Below, one piece after another: positions 9,717-19,400 of a stretch of DNA of 25,018 nt. The DNA is from a virus (taxonomy: Duplodnaviria; Caudoviricetes): IMG/VR virus record IMGVR_UViG_3300005581_000121, positions 1 through 25,018 of that record, one strand, 5' to 3'. Position numbers and translations under genes: made by a program. How positions within the stretch are numbered: position 1 is the stretch's first letter; each line of letters begins with the position of its first letter. The notes below the pieces were generated by a model that was not told the origin of the DNA, searched no databases, and worked only from the letters and a program-made list of their open reading frames with translations.

Positions 9717-10234
9717 TGAGCAAATCGCTCAGATACGACGAGAACGACAACAGGTTCTACATCAGTGATTCAACCATAAAAGGCGCTGGTAAGGGACTAT
9801 TTGCCCGTCACAAAATAAGTAAGGGCGAAAAAATAGATATCAGTGGTGTGATTGTTGAGAAGAATTCATACGCTGATAAATGTACAACATACGCAAACAA
9901 TTACAAGTTCGCTCTAGATGTCATACAGCTTGGAAATGGCGAATTAGTTGCTGGCAACAAGATGGTTATACCACTTGGCTTTTCTGGTATGGTAAACCAT
10001 ATGGATGAAGAGTCAAAAAGGAATGTACAGATAGAAAGCATGGGCAATGAGAGCATAGCCTATGTGTTTCTGCGTGATGTGGCCAAGGATGAAGAAATAC
10101 TTGGCAACTATGGCGATAACTGGCAGAACTTGCTCAGCTGGATGCAGAAGCAGCATGAGTCCAACAAGACAGACAAAAAGGATTGGCAAAATTTTCTTGA
10201 GCTTAACCTTTACGAACTTGGGAGAATTTTATGA
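9716..10234 (+). CDS. SET-domain protein (putative lysine methyltransferase)
   Basis: SET motifs: STIKGAGKGLFARHKISKGEKI, GFSGMVNH, and LRDVAKDEEILGNYG. Confidence 0.85.
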   Translation: MSKSLRYDENDNRFYISDSTIKGAGKGLFARHKISKGEKIDISGVIVEKNSYADKCTTYANNYKFALDVIQLGNGELVAGNKMVIPLGFSGMVNHMDEESKRNVQIESMGNESIAYVFLRDVAKDEEILGNYGDNWQNLLSWMQKQHESNKTDKKDWQNFLELNLYELGRIL

Positions 10235-10401
10235 ACTATTGGCTTGATAAGAAAGCAAATCAAACACCAGCTGAGAACAATATAAAGAAGTTGCGAAAAC
10301 GCACCTTCATTTTCAAGCAGAACCACATAGATAAAAAGAAAATTGATACCAAAGCACTCATCGAGCGCCTTAAGGATCAGTTCAAAAAAATAACCAATTA
10401 A
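10231..10401 (+). CDS. Small Lys-rich basic protein (56 aa, not in ORF track)
   Basis: MNYWLDKKANQTPAENNIKKLRKRTFIFKQNHIDKKKIDTKALIERLKDQFKKITN*. ATGA overlap with the SET stop, GGAG SD at 10221-10224, fills an otherwise empty gap. Confidence 0.65.
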   Translation: MNYWLDKKANQTPAENNIKKLRKRTFIFKQNHIDKKKIDTKALIERLKDQFKKITN

Positions 10402-10425
10402 ATAGTCATAGACAAAAGGTGAAAC

Positions 10426-11277
10426 ATGGTCGATCTATCTAAGATACCTGTGCCGGAATATCAACCAAACCAGCCATACCACTGGGAATATGATAATTTA
10501 CCCATAAAAAATTTAGTGCTTCGTGATGAACTCATAAACAATGAGCTTGAAAACGCTTCGCAAATACTTCGCAATGGGGCTGGAACCCAGGGCAACATGG
10601 CCAACAGGATTGATCAATCTATTGACTCGGATGGGAACCTAAAGCCTATCGCCATTGATCAAGCGCTTCATAGTATAGCGGAGCATACAGATGCATCCAA
10701 GGATGTTGATGGTTCTGAACTCAGCTATATACAAAATACACTTGGGTTTAACAGTATTACAAACCCCATATCCTTTGTTCGTATGCTTGAGGCTGAACGC
10801 TCTAAGCTTAACCTTATAGCAGATGAAGCCACAAACATTGATTTTAATGTCCAAAGCCCAAGCTCAATAGTATCAATTACTGAGGGAAGCATATCATTCC
10901 AGCCCTCTGATACCATAACATGGGACATAACGGCTCCAGCCACGCCATCCCAACCATTTGTCATCAAGCCAAATCTTAGTATTGGCACGACTTTCGCTCA
11001 TACTCACTACTATGACCTTGAGCCAATAACTGTAGATTATCAAAACTATTCAGTAACCAGCGTCAACACTCCATATATCCAAGGAAGCTTGCGTGTTTTC
11101 GTGAATGGTGTTAGAATAAATTCTGATTATTTGATTTATTGTCCAAGTAGCAACCCAACAATGTCGTGGACTCTCAATAAGTTCACGCCAAACCATACTG
11201 GTGGAACATTTGCGCTTGACAATGCCTTGTCGTCGCAAGACATCATCAGAATAGATTTTGATATTTCCTTGACATGA
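10426..11277 (+). CDS. Probable virion structural protein (fibre/baseplate associated)
   Basis: 283 aa, AAGGTG SD. Helical N-terminal half, beta-rich C-terminus with GSLRVFVNGVRI...DIIRIDF, a pattern common in tail proteins. Function inferred from context. Confidence 0.55.
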   Translation: MVDLSKIPVPEYQPNQPYHWEYDNLPIKNLVLRDELINNELENASQILRNGAGTQGNMANRIDQSIDSDGNLKPIAIDQALHSIAEHTDASKDVDGSELSYIQNTLGFNSITNPISFVRMLEAERSKLNLIADEATNIDFNVQSPSSIVSITEGSISFQPSDTITWDITAPATPSQPFVIKPNLSIGTTFAHTHYYDLEPITVDYQNYSVTSVNTPYIQGSLRVFVNGVRINSDYLIYCPSSNPTMSWTLNKFTPNHTGGTFALDNALSSQDIIRIDFDISLT

Positions 11278-11284
11278 GAAACAA

Positions 11285-11815
11285 ATGTACGAACCAAAAG
11301 ACATTGACATCGGCTTTGTAATTATAGCGCCTGAAAACAACCCAAAGCATGTGGAAATAACAGTCTCATCAATATCAGCAAAGTATGGCGAAAAGCCATT
11401 TATAACAGTAGTCACGGATTCCATACTTGAGCAGACTATGGATGAAATGTCAGTTTTTGGAAAATTGTTTTGTGCAAAGAATACATATAGCTCTTTACTG
11501 AGCATGGGAATGAAAAATGCTCCAGCAGAGTGGAACATAATAGTTATATCTGGCACACCGATAAGAAATCATGCTCACCGCAAGTATTCTTGTTTCATCG
11601 AGTCACACAAAGACATACTTTACCCGATAATTGACAGAAAAATGAACTTTGTGGATGGCTCCGTAAATGGAATCATGATCCACAGGGATGCCTATACCGA
11701 TCTTGGCGACATGCCAGAAACGCCTAATCTCAGCGAATGCAAAGCCGCATGGGGGTCCCTTGCCGTTTCTAAGGGGTATAAATTTAAAGGTATCGTTGGA
11801 GCCGCCTTAATCTGA
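11285..11815 (+). CDS. Degenerate GT-A (GT2-like) fold protein
   Basis: IGFVII...ITVSSI, SMGMKNAPAEWNIIVISGT (DxD position lacks acidic residues) and GIMIHRDAYTDLGDM resemble GT2 segments. Confidence 0.45.
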   Translation: MYEPKDIDIGFVIIAPENNPKHVEITVSSISAKYGEKPFITVVTDSILEQTMDEMSVFGKLFCAKNTYSSLLSMGMKNAPAEWNIIVISGTPIRNHAHRKYSCFIESHKDILYPIIDRKMNFVDGSVNGIMIHRDAYTDLGDMPETPNLSECKAAWGSLAVSKGYKFKGIVGAALI

Positions 11816-12310
11816 TTTCTGGCGTAAGATATACCATGTATCATCATATGCGTCTCCGCTATCTACACGGCGAAGATAATCATAAAGAGAATCCCAAGAA
11901 GAAAACATGTGTTCGAGTGGCATAAAGCCAAAATACCAAACAGGTATGTTCTCTATGCCATCGGGGCAGACAAGGAGGGTTGGCTTCATGCATCTCCAAC
12001 TTTCAATAATTTCATGATGTGTTCCAACTGTTGGCACTTTATATGGCAAAAAAGCAATAGTCATATCACATTGGTACAACATACCAAGATCTTTGCGAAA
12101 AAATCTCTCCGCTATTGACTTTATACGCATGTAGTCCTTGTCGGCTTTTGCTTGCTTGATATCTGGAACCCATTGCTCCTTAGGGTCAAGAGCTGGGTCA
12201 AAAACCTGAATACCGAATGTTTTGAGCAATTCTATTGCTGGTTGTGTGCGATAATCGCCATTGCTGAACTCCATAGGACCGCTTAAATAAGCCTTTGAAC
12301 CATTAAGCAT
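11807..12310 (-). CDS. Nucleoside 2-deoxyribosyltransferase-like / N-glycosidase family protein
   Basis: AYLSGPM, VFDP, DLGMLYQCDMTIAFL, VGTHHE (catalytic Glu position) and KPTLL motifs. AAGGAG SD on the minus strand. Confidence 0.8.
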   Translation of the reverse strand: MLNGSKAYLSGPMEFSNGDYRTQPAIELLKTFGIQVFDPALDPKEQWVPDIKQAKADKDYMRIKSIAERFFRKDLGMLYQCDMTIAFLPYKVPTVGTHHEIIESWRCMKPTLLVCPDGIENIPVWYFGFMPLEHMFSSWDSLYDYLRRVDSGDAYDDTWYILRQKSD

Positions 12311-12387
12311 TAAATATACTCCTTTAAAAAATGAATTTTAAATCATTTACAAAACAAATCAATCTCTAATATTTCAAGGAGAAAATT

Positions 12388-13080
12388 ATGGAAAACAAAG
12401 ACCTTATGGCTGAATTGCGTGATGTGCTTGTAAATGAGCCCGCCGAGAGGCACAGCTACTTTCAAATGAAGTACTTTATAGTAGGAAAAGAGCCGACCAC
12501 ACAATCCAAAATGTGGCAATGTATACGAGAGATCAAAGCGAGGCACGATTCGTTAGAAGCTATAGAACTTGAGCTTGAAGAAGCCAGCGACAACCTAGAA
12601 TTGATCGAAATAAACATAAATAGAAATAAGGCAATTCTGAACAAGAAAAAAGCCAAGGGTATAAATCCTATGGCAATCAGAATTTCAGAAATAAGCTTGA
12701 GGAAAAGTGAACGGCAAATGATTGCAGCCAAGAAAAACATCGAGGCTCTTGCCAAGAAAAGAAAGTATCTACAAGAAGAAGCTAAGTTCTTTGTGTTGGC
12801 ATTCAAGAACTTACAAGAGGTCGAACCATTGCTAGATTATGATAACCTCAAAGCTCAAAAGCAATATTGGGGTGAGAAGTTACTACAGAAAATAAACCTC
12901 AAGATGCTAATGCAATCTCATGTAGACACCGAGCTTATAGAAACAGTTCTTGCACTACCTGATGACATCCCAATCAAGGAGCAGACACTCAAGAATCTTG
13001 ATGTGAGGCATAGGCAAATGGTCGATATGAAGAAACAAGCGGAAACAGCTTTGATCAAGCAGGAGACAGATGACAACTAG
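12388..13080 (+). CDS. Coiled-coil hypothetical protein (possible fibre assembly chaperone)
   Basis: 230 aa, AAGGAG SD, long E/K/L heptad-like central region, overlaps the first PKD gene. Chaperone role is inference only. Confidence 0.6.
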   Translation: MENKDLMAELRDVLVNEPAERHSYFQMKYFIVGKEPTTQSKMWQCIREIKARHDSLEAIELELEEASDNLELIEININRNKAILNKKKAKGINPMAIRISEISLRKSERQMIAAKKNIEALAKKRKYLQEEAKFFVLAFKNLQEVEPLLDYDNLKAQKQYWGEKLLQKINLKMLMQSHVDTELIETVLALPDDIPIKEQTLKNLDVRHRQMVDMKKQAETALIKQETDDN

Positions 13081-14119
13081 AATTTCAACACTGACACCTG
13101 GCTATTCTATAGGAAGTCTGTCGGCATTTCCGCTAAACCTTGACGACAAAGAGACTCTGTATGAAGCAAAGAATAACGCACAAACCGTTATGAAGCAATC
13201 TTTGTCATTTAATGGTAAGTATATCATTGTCGATAACAACGATAGTTTCCCGACAAGGGGATTAATCAGACTTGGGCCACCACCAGGAAAAGCCGGAAAC
13301 TATGAAATAATCTATTATGGCAACAAGAATGAAGGTGTATTTTACAACCTAGTCCGTGGATTCGTTGGTTCACGCCAAACAATTTGGCCTGCGACAACAA
13401 CTGTCAGTCATAGCGTAATGGCCGAGCATCACAATGCCCTAAGAGACGCAATACACAACATCGAGACAGACCTTGGCACCAATATTGATCCAACGACTGG
13501 ATCTTTAAATGGAATCTTAAAGCGCCAAGAGAACATATTCTTGGCACCAAAAGCCATATTTAGGGCAAGCAAGATTATTGGTCAACCACCATTAAAAGTA
13601 AGATTCCAGAATTTCAGTACTGGCCCTCTTGTAAGATATCTTTGGGACTTTGGCGATGGAGCCACATCCGTAGAGAAAAATCCAACACACACCTATCAGT
13701 CCGAAGGCATATACACAGTACAACTGAACATTGTTTCGATACTTGGCGCCCAAGGAATAACAACAAAGAGCAATTACATCACAGTAAGCAAGCAAGAAAT
13801 CAATAGTTTTTTCTATGTGACTCCAAGAACAGGCTACTCTCTTGAGACAGCAAATGCTATGTCAATAGATCCAACAGAGTTCAGGATTATCGATCAAACT
13901 GATGGTGATATAGTGCAAAGGTATTGGATATTTGGCGGTGATGGAACTGTAGAAGGAATACCAGTTGCAAATCAAAGCTACCAAGAAAACAATCCAAACA
14001 AGCATGAGATTAAGTTTATTTTTGATAAGCCTGGAGACTACAGACCAGGTCTCATGACCATATTAGAGACTTCAACAACCAAGCGCACATTCCTCAGCGA
14101 AAGCATAGTGGTGCAATAA
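13070..14119 (+). CDS. PKD (Ig-like) domain virion protein, AEHHN paralogue 1
   Basis: Canonical PKD: PPLKVRFQNFSTG..RYLWDFGDGATSVEKNPTHTYQSEGIYTVQL. A second degenerate PKD: YWIFGGDG...FDKPGDY. AGGAG SD. Confidence 0.85.
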   Translation: MTTRISTLTPGYSIGSLSAFPLNLDDKETLYEAKNNAQTVMKQSLSFNGKYIIVDNNDSFPTRGLIRLGPPPGKAGNYEIIYYGNKNEGVFYNLVRGFVGSRQTIWPATTTVSHSVMAEHHNALRDAIHNIETDLGTNIDPTTGSLNGILKRQENIFLAPKAIFRASKIIGQPPLKVRFQNFSTGPLVRYLWDFGDGATSVEKNPTHTYQSEGIYTVQLNIVSILGAQGITTKSNYITVSKQEINSFFYVTPRTGYSLETANAMSIDPTEFRIIDQTDGDIVQRYWIFGGDGTVEGIPVANQSYQENNPNKHEIKFIFDKPGDYRPGLMTILETSTTKRTFLSESIVVQ

Positions 14120-16383
14120 TGGTAATACCATCAACAGTAAAATTCCCTACAAGCATTGATGACGACAACACTCTGTTTCTTGTCCATGATAGTCTCCGTG
14201 TCACACTGTCTGCAGACTATAACCCAGGTGATAGATCAATTTTTGTGTATGGTGACAACGAAATCATAAACAGATTTCCAGACTCTGGATTTATAACGCT
14301 TACGGAACAATGCAGCGATGCCGATGTCCGTGCAATAACCTTTTATTATGGAAGTAAGACTCCGGTTTCATTTGATAATCTTGAACTGTTGTCTTGCTTC
14401 GTTGATGTGGCCAAGCCAAGGGACATAACACATATAACCATGAATGTAATGGCTGAGCACCACAACGCACTAAAAAATGCCATCATTGCGATCGAACATA
14501 CTGCCGGTAAAAAGAACGAGATTGCCCAACAACCATTGACTGGAACCATGGAGGCAAGGATAAACTACCTCCGAAAAATTGCACTAGTTCCAAAGGCATG
14601 GTTTACCGCCAACAATAAGATTGGCCTAATACCTCTAACGGTTGAGTTCAAGGATCTTAGTTTTCGTCTTGGTACAGATGGCACAACCGGAGTAATCAGC
14701 TACATATGGGATTTTGGAGATAACACTGGCCCATCTATAGTCACAGTAAGTACAACTAGCGGACCTGTCACACAAAGCAATGTTATTGTTCAAGATTTGG
14801 ATGGCGGCACTGTAAGCAAAGTCTATAGCAGGCCTGGAATATATGATGTTAGTCTTACAATTTCCAATGACTTTGGATCTGATACTTTAGTTTTTCCAGA
14901 GTTCATAAATGCAAGAGTTGCAGCACCCGACGAAGCAGTTATCAATTTTAATTTGAGAACAGGACAGATTTTGGCTAGGACTGGTCTTCCAATAAATGGT
15001 CCATATACGACAATTCCAGTTTTAAGAACACCAGTAAACACATTTGTTGATGCAGAAGTTCCAAATGGCATAAACCCAAACACAGGAAAGACTTATGTTG
15101 GGGAAGAGGTTTCTGGTGGTGTTCCTATAGATGCTGTAGAAAGCTACACATGGTCACTCGCCGATGATCTCACACATACTAACACATCGGCGGTCAGAGG
15201 ATCCTACAGTATCGGTGGCATTTATAACATTGTCTTAAGGTGCGATACTCAGTATGGATCATACAGAATCACGACATATGAGGGATCCATAGATGTCGTA
15301 GAAAAATACAATCTATGGTTATGGAATTACATTACAACAAACCAGATCAATGCTTATGAGCTTGGTTTGATTAGCGAGACATTCAAAACTACCTTCACGA
15401 ACCCAGTAACAGTATCAAGAGACATTAGCTTTTTGGATGGTCAGAACAATGAAGCTCAACAAAAAATGGAATTTAAAAGAAATGCAGGATTTGCACCCCG
15501 TGGAACAACCGCCAGTGGCAATGGTGGTGTTGGGTTGCTATACTACGCTTCGGGCAGAAGTCCATCTGATTCAGCCTCTAATGAAACAATAAAGATTAAT
15601 GAATTCAATGGTTTCACCCAAACCTATCTGACTCAAAGTCCGATCAGCAGACCATGGAACTGGGTTGATCTTTACAGTTATACAAACCTTTATTTTGTAT
15701 TTGGTGGTTTGACAACTTCCCAACTACCAAATACCAGTCTAACCAACCAAGTAAAATCAAAAGTTTCCCTTGCTGATCTCTCCGTAACCACGGACACACT
15801 TACTACTTCTAATTACAAAAATGGCGCCCAAGAGTTAAAAAATAACGAAGTGACCTACAACACTTCAGGAGATCCAGTACAAGGTCATATGAGTGTCTAT
15901 AGGTCATGCTGGAAGGATACGGCTGGATTTATATTGAGGAATCAAGGTGTTGGCACATTCTTTAGGATCAAAAATTTTTATAAGACATCTGGATCAACCT
16001 CTGAGTATTTTCTTGATATCAAGAAACTAACAGATATGGCTGGTCCGGCAAAAGTTGAAGGCAAGCTGGTTACATTAAGCCAAGGTGTTTATTTCTTCAA
16101 CAACACAGGCGCAATATCGGCTTACAATCCAACTACGGATATTTGGGAAACTGGTGGCACGGGGATAAACTCGGCGTCATTCAGGCTATTGCAAGATAAC
16201 TCTATTGTTGATTTTGATAATCAAGCAAATACGCTTATGGCGGCCTCGGACTCAGATAAGGTAGCTTATCTTAGCTTTGATTATAGCACAAAGCCATTTA
16301 TAAAGTTCAATGAGACAACGCTAACATTCAGCAGTGTATCAAACAGGCCATCTGGCAATCAATTTGCCATGGCCATTTTTTAA
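14119..16383 (+). CDS. PKD domain virion protein with large C-terminal beta-rich domain, AEHHN paralogue 2
   Basis: PLTVEFKDLS...YIWDFGD...YSRPGIYDVSLTISNDFG PKD. The C-terminus has weak Kelch/propeller-like segments (LYFVFGG, AYNPTTDIWETG). TAATG overlap. Confidence 0.8.
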   Translation: MVIPSTVKFPTSIDDDNTLFLVHDSLRVTLSADYNPGDRSIFVYGDNEIINRFPDSGFITLTEQCSDADVRAITFYYGSKTPVSFDNLELLSCFVDVAKPRDITHITMNVMAEHHNALKNAIIAIEHTAGKKNEIAQQPLTGTMEARINYLRKIALVPKAWFTANNKIGLIPLTVEFKDLSFRLGTDGTTGVISYIWDFGDNTGPSIVTVSTTSGPVTQSNVIVQDLDGGTVSKVYSRPGIYDVSLTISNDFGSDTLVFPEFINARVAAPDEAVINFNLRTGQILARTGLPINGPYTTIPVLRTPVNTFVDAEVPNGINPNTGKTYVGEEVSGGVPIDAVESYTWSLADDLTHTNTSAVRGSYSIGGIYNIVLRCDTQYGSYRITTYEGSIDVVEKYNLWLWNYITTNQINAYELGLISETFKTTFTNPVTVSRDISFLDGQNNEAQQKMEFKRNAGFAPRGTTASGNGGVGLLYYASGRSPSDSASNETIKINEFNGFTQTYLTQSPISRPWNWVDLYSYTNLYFVFGGLTTSQLPNTSLTNQVKSKVSLADLSVTTDTLTTSNYKNGAQELKNNEVTYNTSGDPVQGHMSVYRSCWKDTAGFILRNQGVGTFFRIKNFYKTSGSTSEYFLDIKKLTDMAGPAKVEGKLVTLSQGVYFFNNTGAISAYNPTTDIWETGGTGINSASFRLLQDNSIVDFDNQANTLMAASDSDKVAYLSFDYSTKPFIKFNETTLTFSSVSNRPSGNQFAMAIF

Positions 16384-16407
16384 CATGGAGACCTAGATAG
16401 GTAAGAA

Positions 16408-19400
16408 ATGTCCAGCAATTTTCCATCAATTCCTGTGTATCCAAAGCAATACGATACTGATCGTACATTGTACTTGGTTTATAACACATCAGAGACCATA
16501 ACGACAGTAGATAACCATCCTTGGGAAGCAACGATAGACATCGTACCAGTTGGATCATCCGCATGCGAAATATGGTCTGAAAATGGTTTCGCCAACATAA
16601 ATGGGGAGCTTTTTTATTACGCCGGCGTTTCTAAGAACAACTATGGTAAAATTAACCAGCTCATTAATTGTGTTAGAAACCTTGGTGGAACCAAGACGAA
16701 ATTCAACAAAGTAGGATCTGAGGTTCGTGGTTTTGTTGTGGCGGAACATCACAACCAAATTGCCGATGCCATCCTCAAAATAGAAAATTTTGTTGGCTAT
16801 AATTTTACACCAGATAAAACGACGCTAGATTGGAGAATCCGTAACCTTGCAGAACTTGAAGTCATATTTGACGACTTTACTTGTCCAGACATTACATTCT
16901 TCTACAATGTTGTTTCTCAAAGTCCAACTGCTGGAACAATCATAAACTATAACATTGAGATTGTTGGAAACTATAAGAATTTCAGAATTGACTTCGGTGA
17001 TGGCGAATTTACGACAACATCATTGAGTGGTACGCACACATATGCAGCAAACACTACAATAGATCCAGTAGTTCAAATTAGTACTGATAAGTGTACCATA
17101 GTTCAAAGTCCATACGAAAGAACTATTGCGACCCAACCAGTAATTCAAATCGCAAATGCACCATTAGAAATACTCATACCAAACATACCAGATATTCCAA
17201 CTTTGGATTTTCCAAATCCAATCATACCAACAATAAACATCCAGCCACCACCGATTGTTTTTCCATGCCTTGACATCGGGCCTCTTGGACCACTGAGTAT
17301 TCCTTCGATAATCATCGTTGATCCACCACTTCCAACAGTCATCATATTTGATCCACTGCCAAATTTCTGCAGCATTATAAGTTTTGGGCCACTACCTCCA
17401 TTGCCAACCATGATAACTTTTGGGCCACCACCTCCATTACCAAGCATCGTATTCCCGGATTTCCCGACATTCCCAACGATGATTGATTTTGGGCCATTCC
17501 CAGTATGTAGTTTGATTAATTTTGGGCCAATTATATGTCCAACATTGATTGAATTTGGACCAGTCAGTTTTCCGACAGTAATTGTTTTTGGACCATTCAG
17601 TTTTCCGACAGTAATTGTCTTTGGGCCACTACCAAATTTCTGCAGCATCATCAGTTTTGGGCCATTGCCTGTATTGCCAACCATGGTAACTTTTGGGCCA
17701 TTGCCGACATTCCCAACGATAATTGATTTTGGGCCATTCCCAGTTTGTAGCTTGATTAATTTTGGACCAATTATATGTCCAACATTAATTGAATTTGGAC
17801 CAATCAGTTTTCCGACAATAATTAGTTTTGGGCCACTGAGTTTTCCGACAATAATTAGTTTTGGGCCACTACCAAATTTCTGTAGCCTCATCGGTTTTGG
17901 GCCAGTGACTTTGCCAACGATAATCAGTTTTGGGCCACTACCAAATTTCTGTAGCCTCATCGGTTTTGGGCCAGTGACTTTGCCAACGATAATCAGTTTT
18001 GGGCCAACATCATTACCTAGTGTAATAGTCTTTGGGCCACCACCAACATTCCCAACGATAATTGATTTTGGGCCATTCCCAGTTTGTAGCTTGATTAATT
18101 TCGGACCAATTATATGTCCAACCTTAATAGTTTTTGGCCCAGTATCATTCCCTAGCACAATAGTTTTTGGCCCAGCGTCATTTCCTACTTTGATCGTTTT
18201 TGGTCCAGTATCATTCCCTAGCGTAATAGTTTTTGGTCCACTACCAAATTTCTGTTCCTTGATACAGTTTGGACCAGCGCCATTGCCATCTACTATAGTT
18301 TTCGGGCCATCAAACCTTCCGTCTACTATAGTTTTCGGGCCATCTTCATTACCTTCTGTTATTGGTTTCGGTCCATCAAAAATCCCAACGATGATTGATT
18401 TTGGGCCATTCCCAGTATGTACTCTTATAAATTTCGGTCCACTAAATTGCCCAACATTTATCGTTTTTGGCCCAGTATCATTCCCTAGCACAATAGTTTT
18501 TGGCCCAGTATCATTCCCTACTTTGATCGTTTTTGGACCAACATCATTCCCTAGTGTAATAGTCTTTGGGCCAATGCCAAACTTCTGTTCAACGATACAG
18601 TTCGGGCCATCAAACATTCCGTCTACTATAGGTTTCGGGCCATCGAATCTTCCGTCTACTATAGGATTCGGGCCATCAAACCTTCCATCCACTATAGGTT
18701 TCGGCCCATCAAAAATTCCAACGATGATTGGTTTTGGGCCATTCCCAGTATGTACTCTTATAAATTTTGGCCCATTAAACTGTCCAACCTTAATTGTTTT
18801 TGGCCCAGTATCATTCCCTAGCGTAATTGTTTTTGGCCCAGTATCATTCCCTAGCGTAATAGTATTTGGCCCAATGCCAAACTTCTGTTCAACAATACAG
18901 TTTGGGCCATCAAACATTCCGTCTACTATAACTTTCGGGCCATCAAACATTTCGTCTACTATAACTTTCGGGCCATCGTCATTACCTTCTGTTATAGGTT
19001 TCGGCCCATCAAAAATTCCAACGATGATTGGTTTTGGGCCATTCCCAGTATGTACTCTTATAAATTTTGGTCCATTAAATTGTCCGACCTTAATTGTTTT
19101 TGGCCCAATTAGCATCCCGACGCTCATAAATTTTGGACCAGCTCCATCGTTCCCGACACTCATAACATTTGGACCACCTCCATCGATCCCGACGCTCATA
19201 AATTTTGGACCAGCTCCATCAATTGCTACACTCATAACATTTGGGCCAGCTCCATCATTCCCGACGCTTATAAATTTTGGACCTGCTCCATCGTTTGCTA
19301 CAGTCATAACATTTGGGCCAGCTCCATCAATTGCTACAATTATAAATTTTGGACCACCGCCATCATTCCCGACACTTATAAATTTTGGACCTGCTCCATC

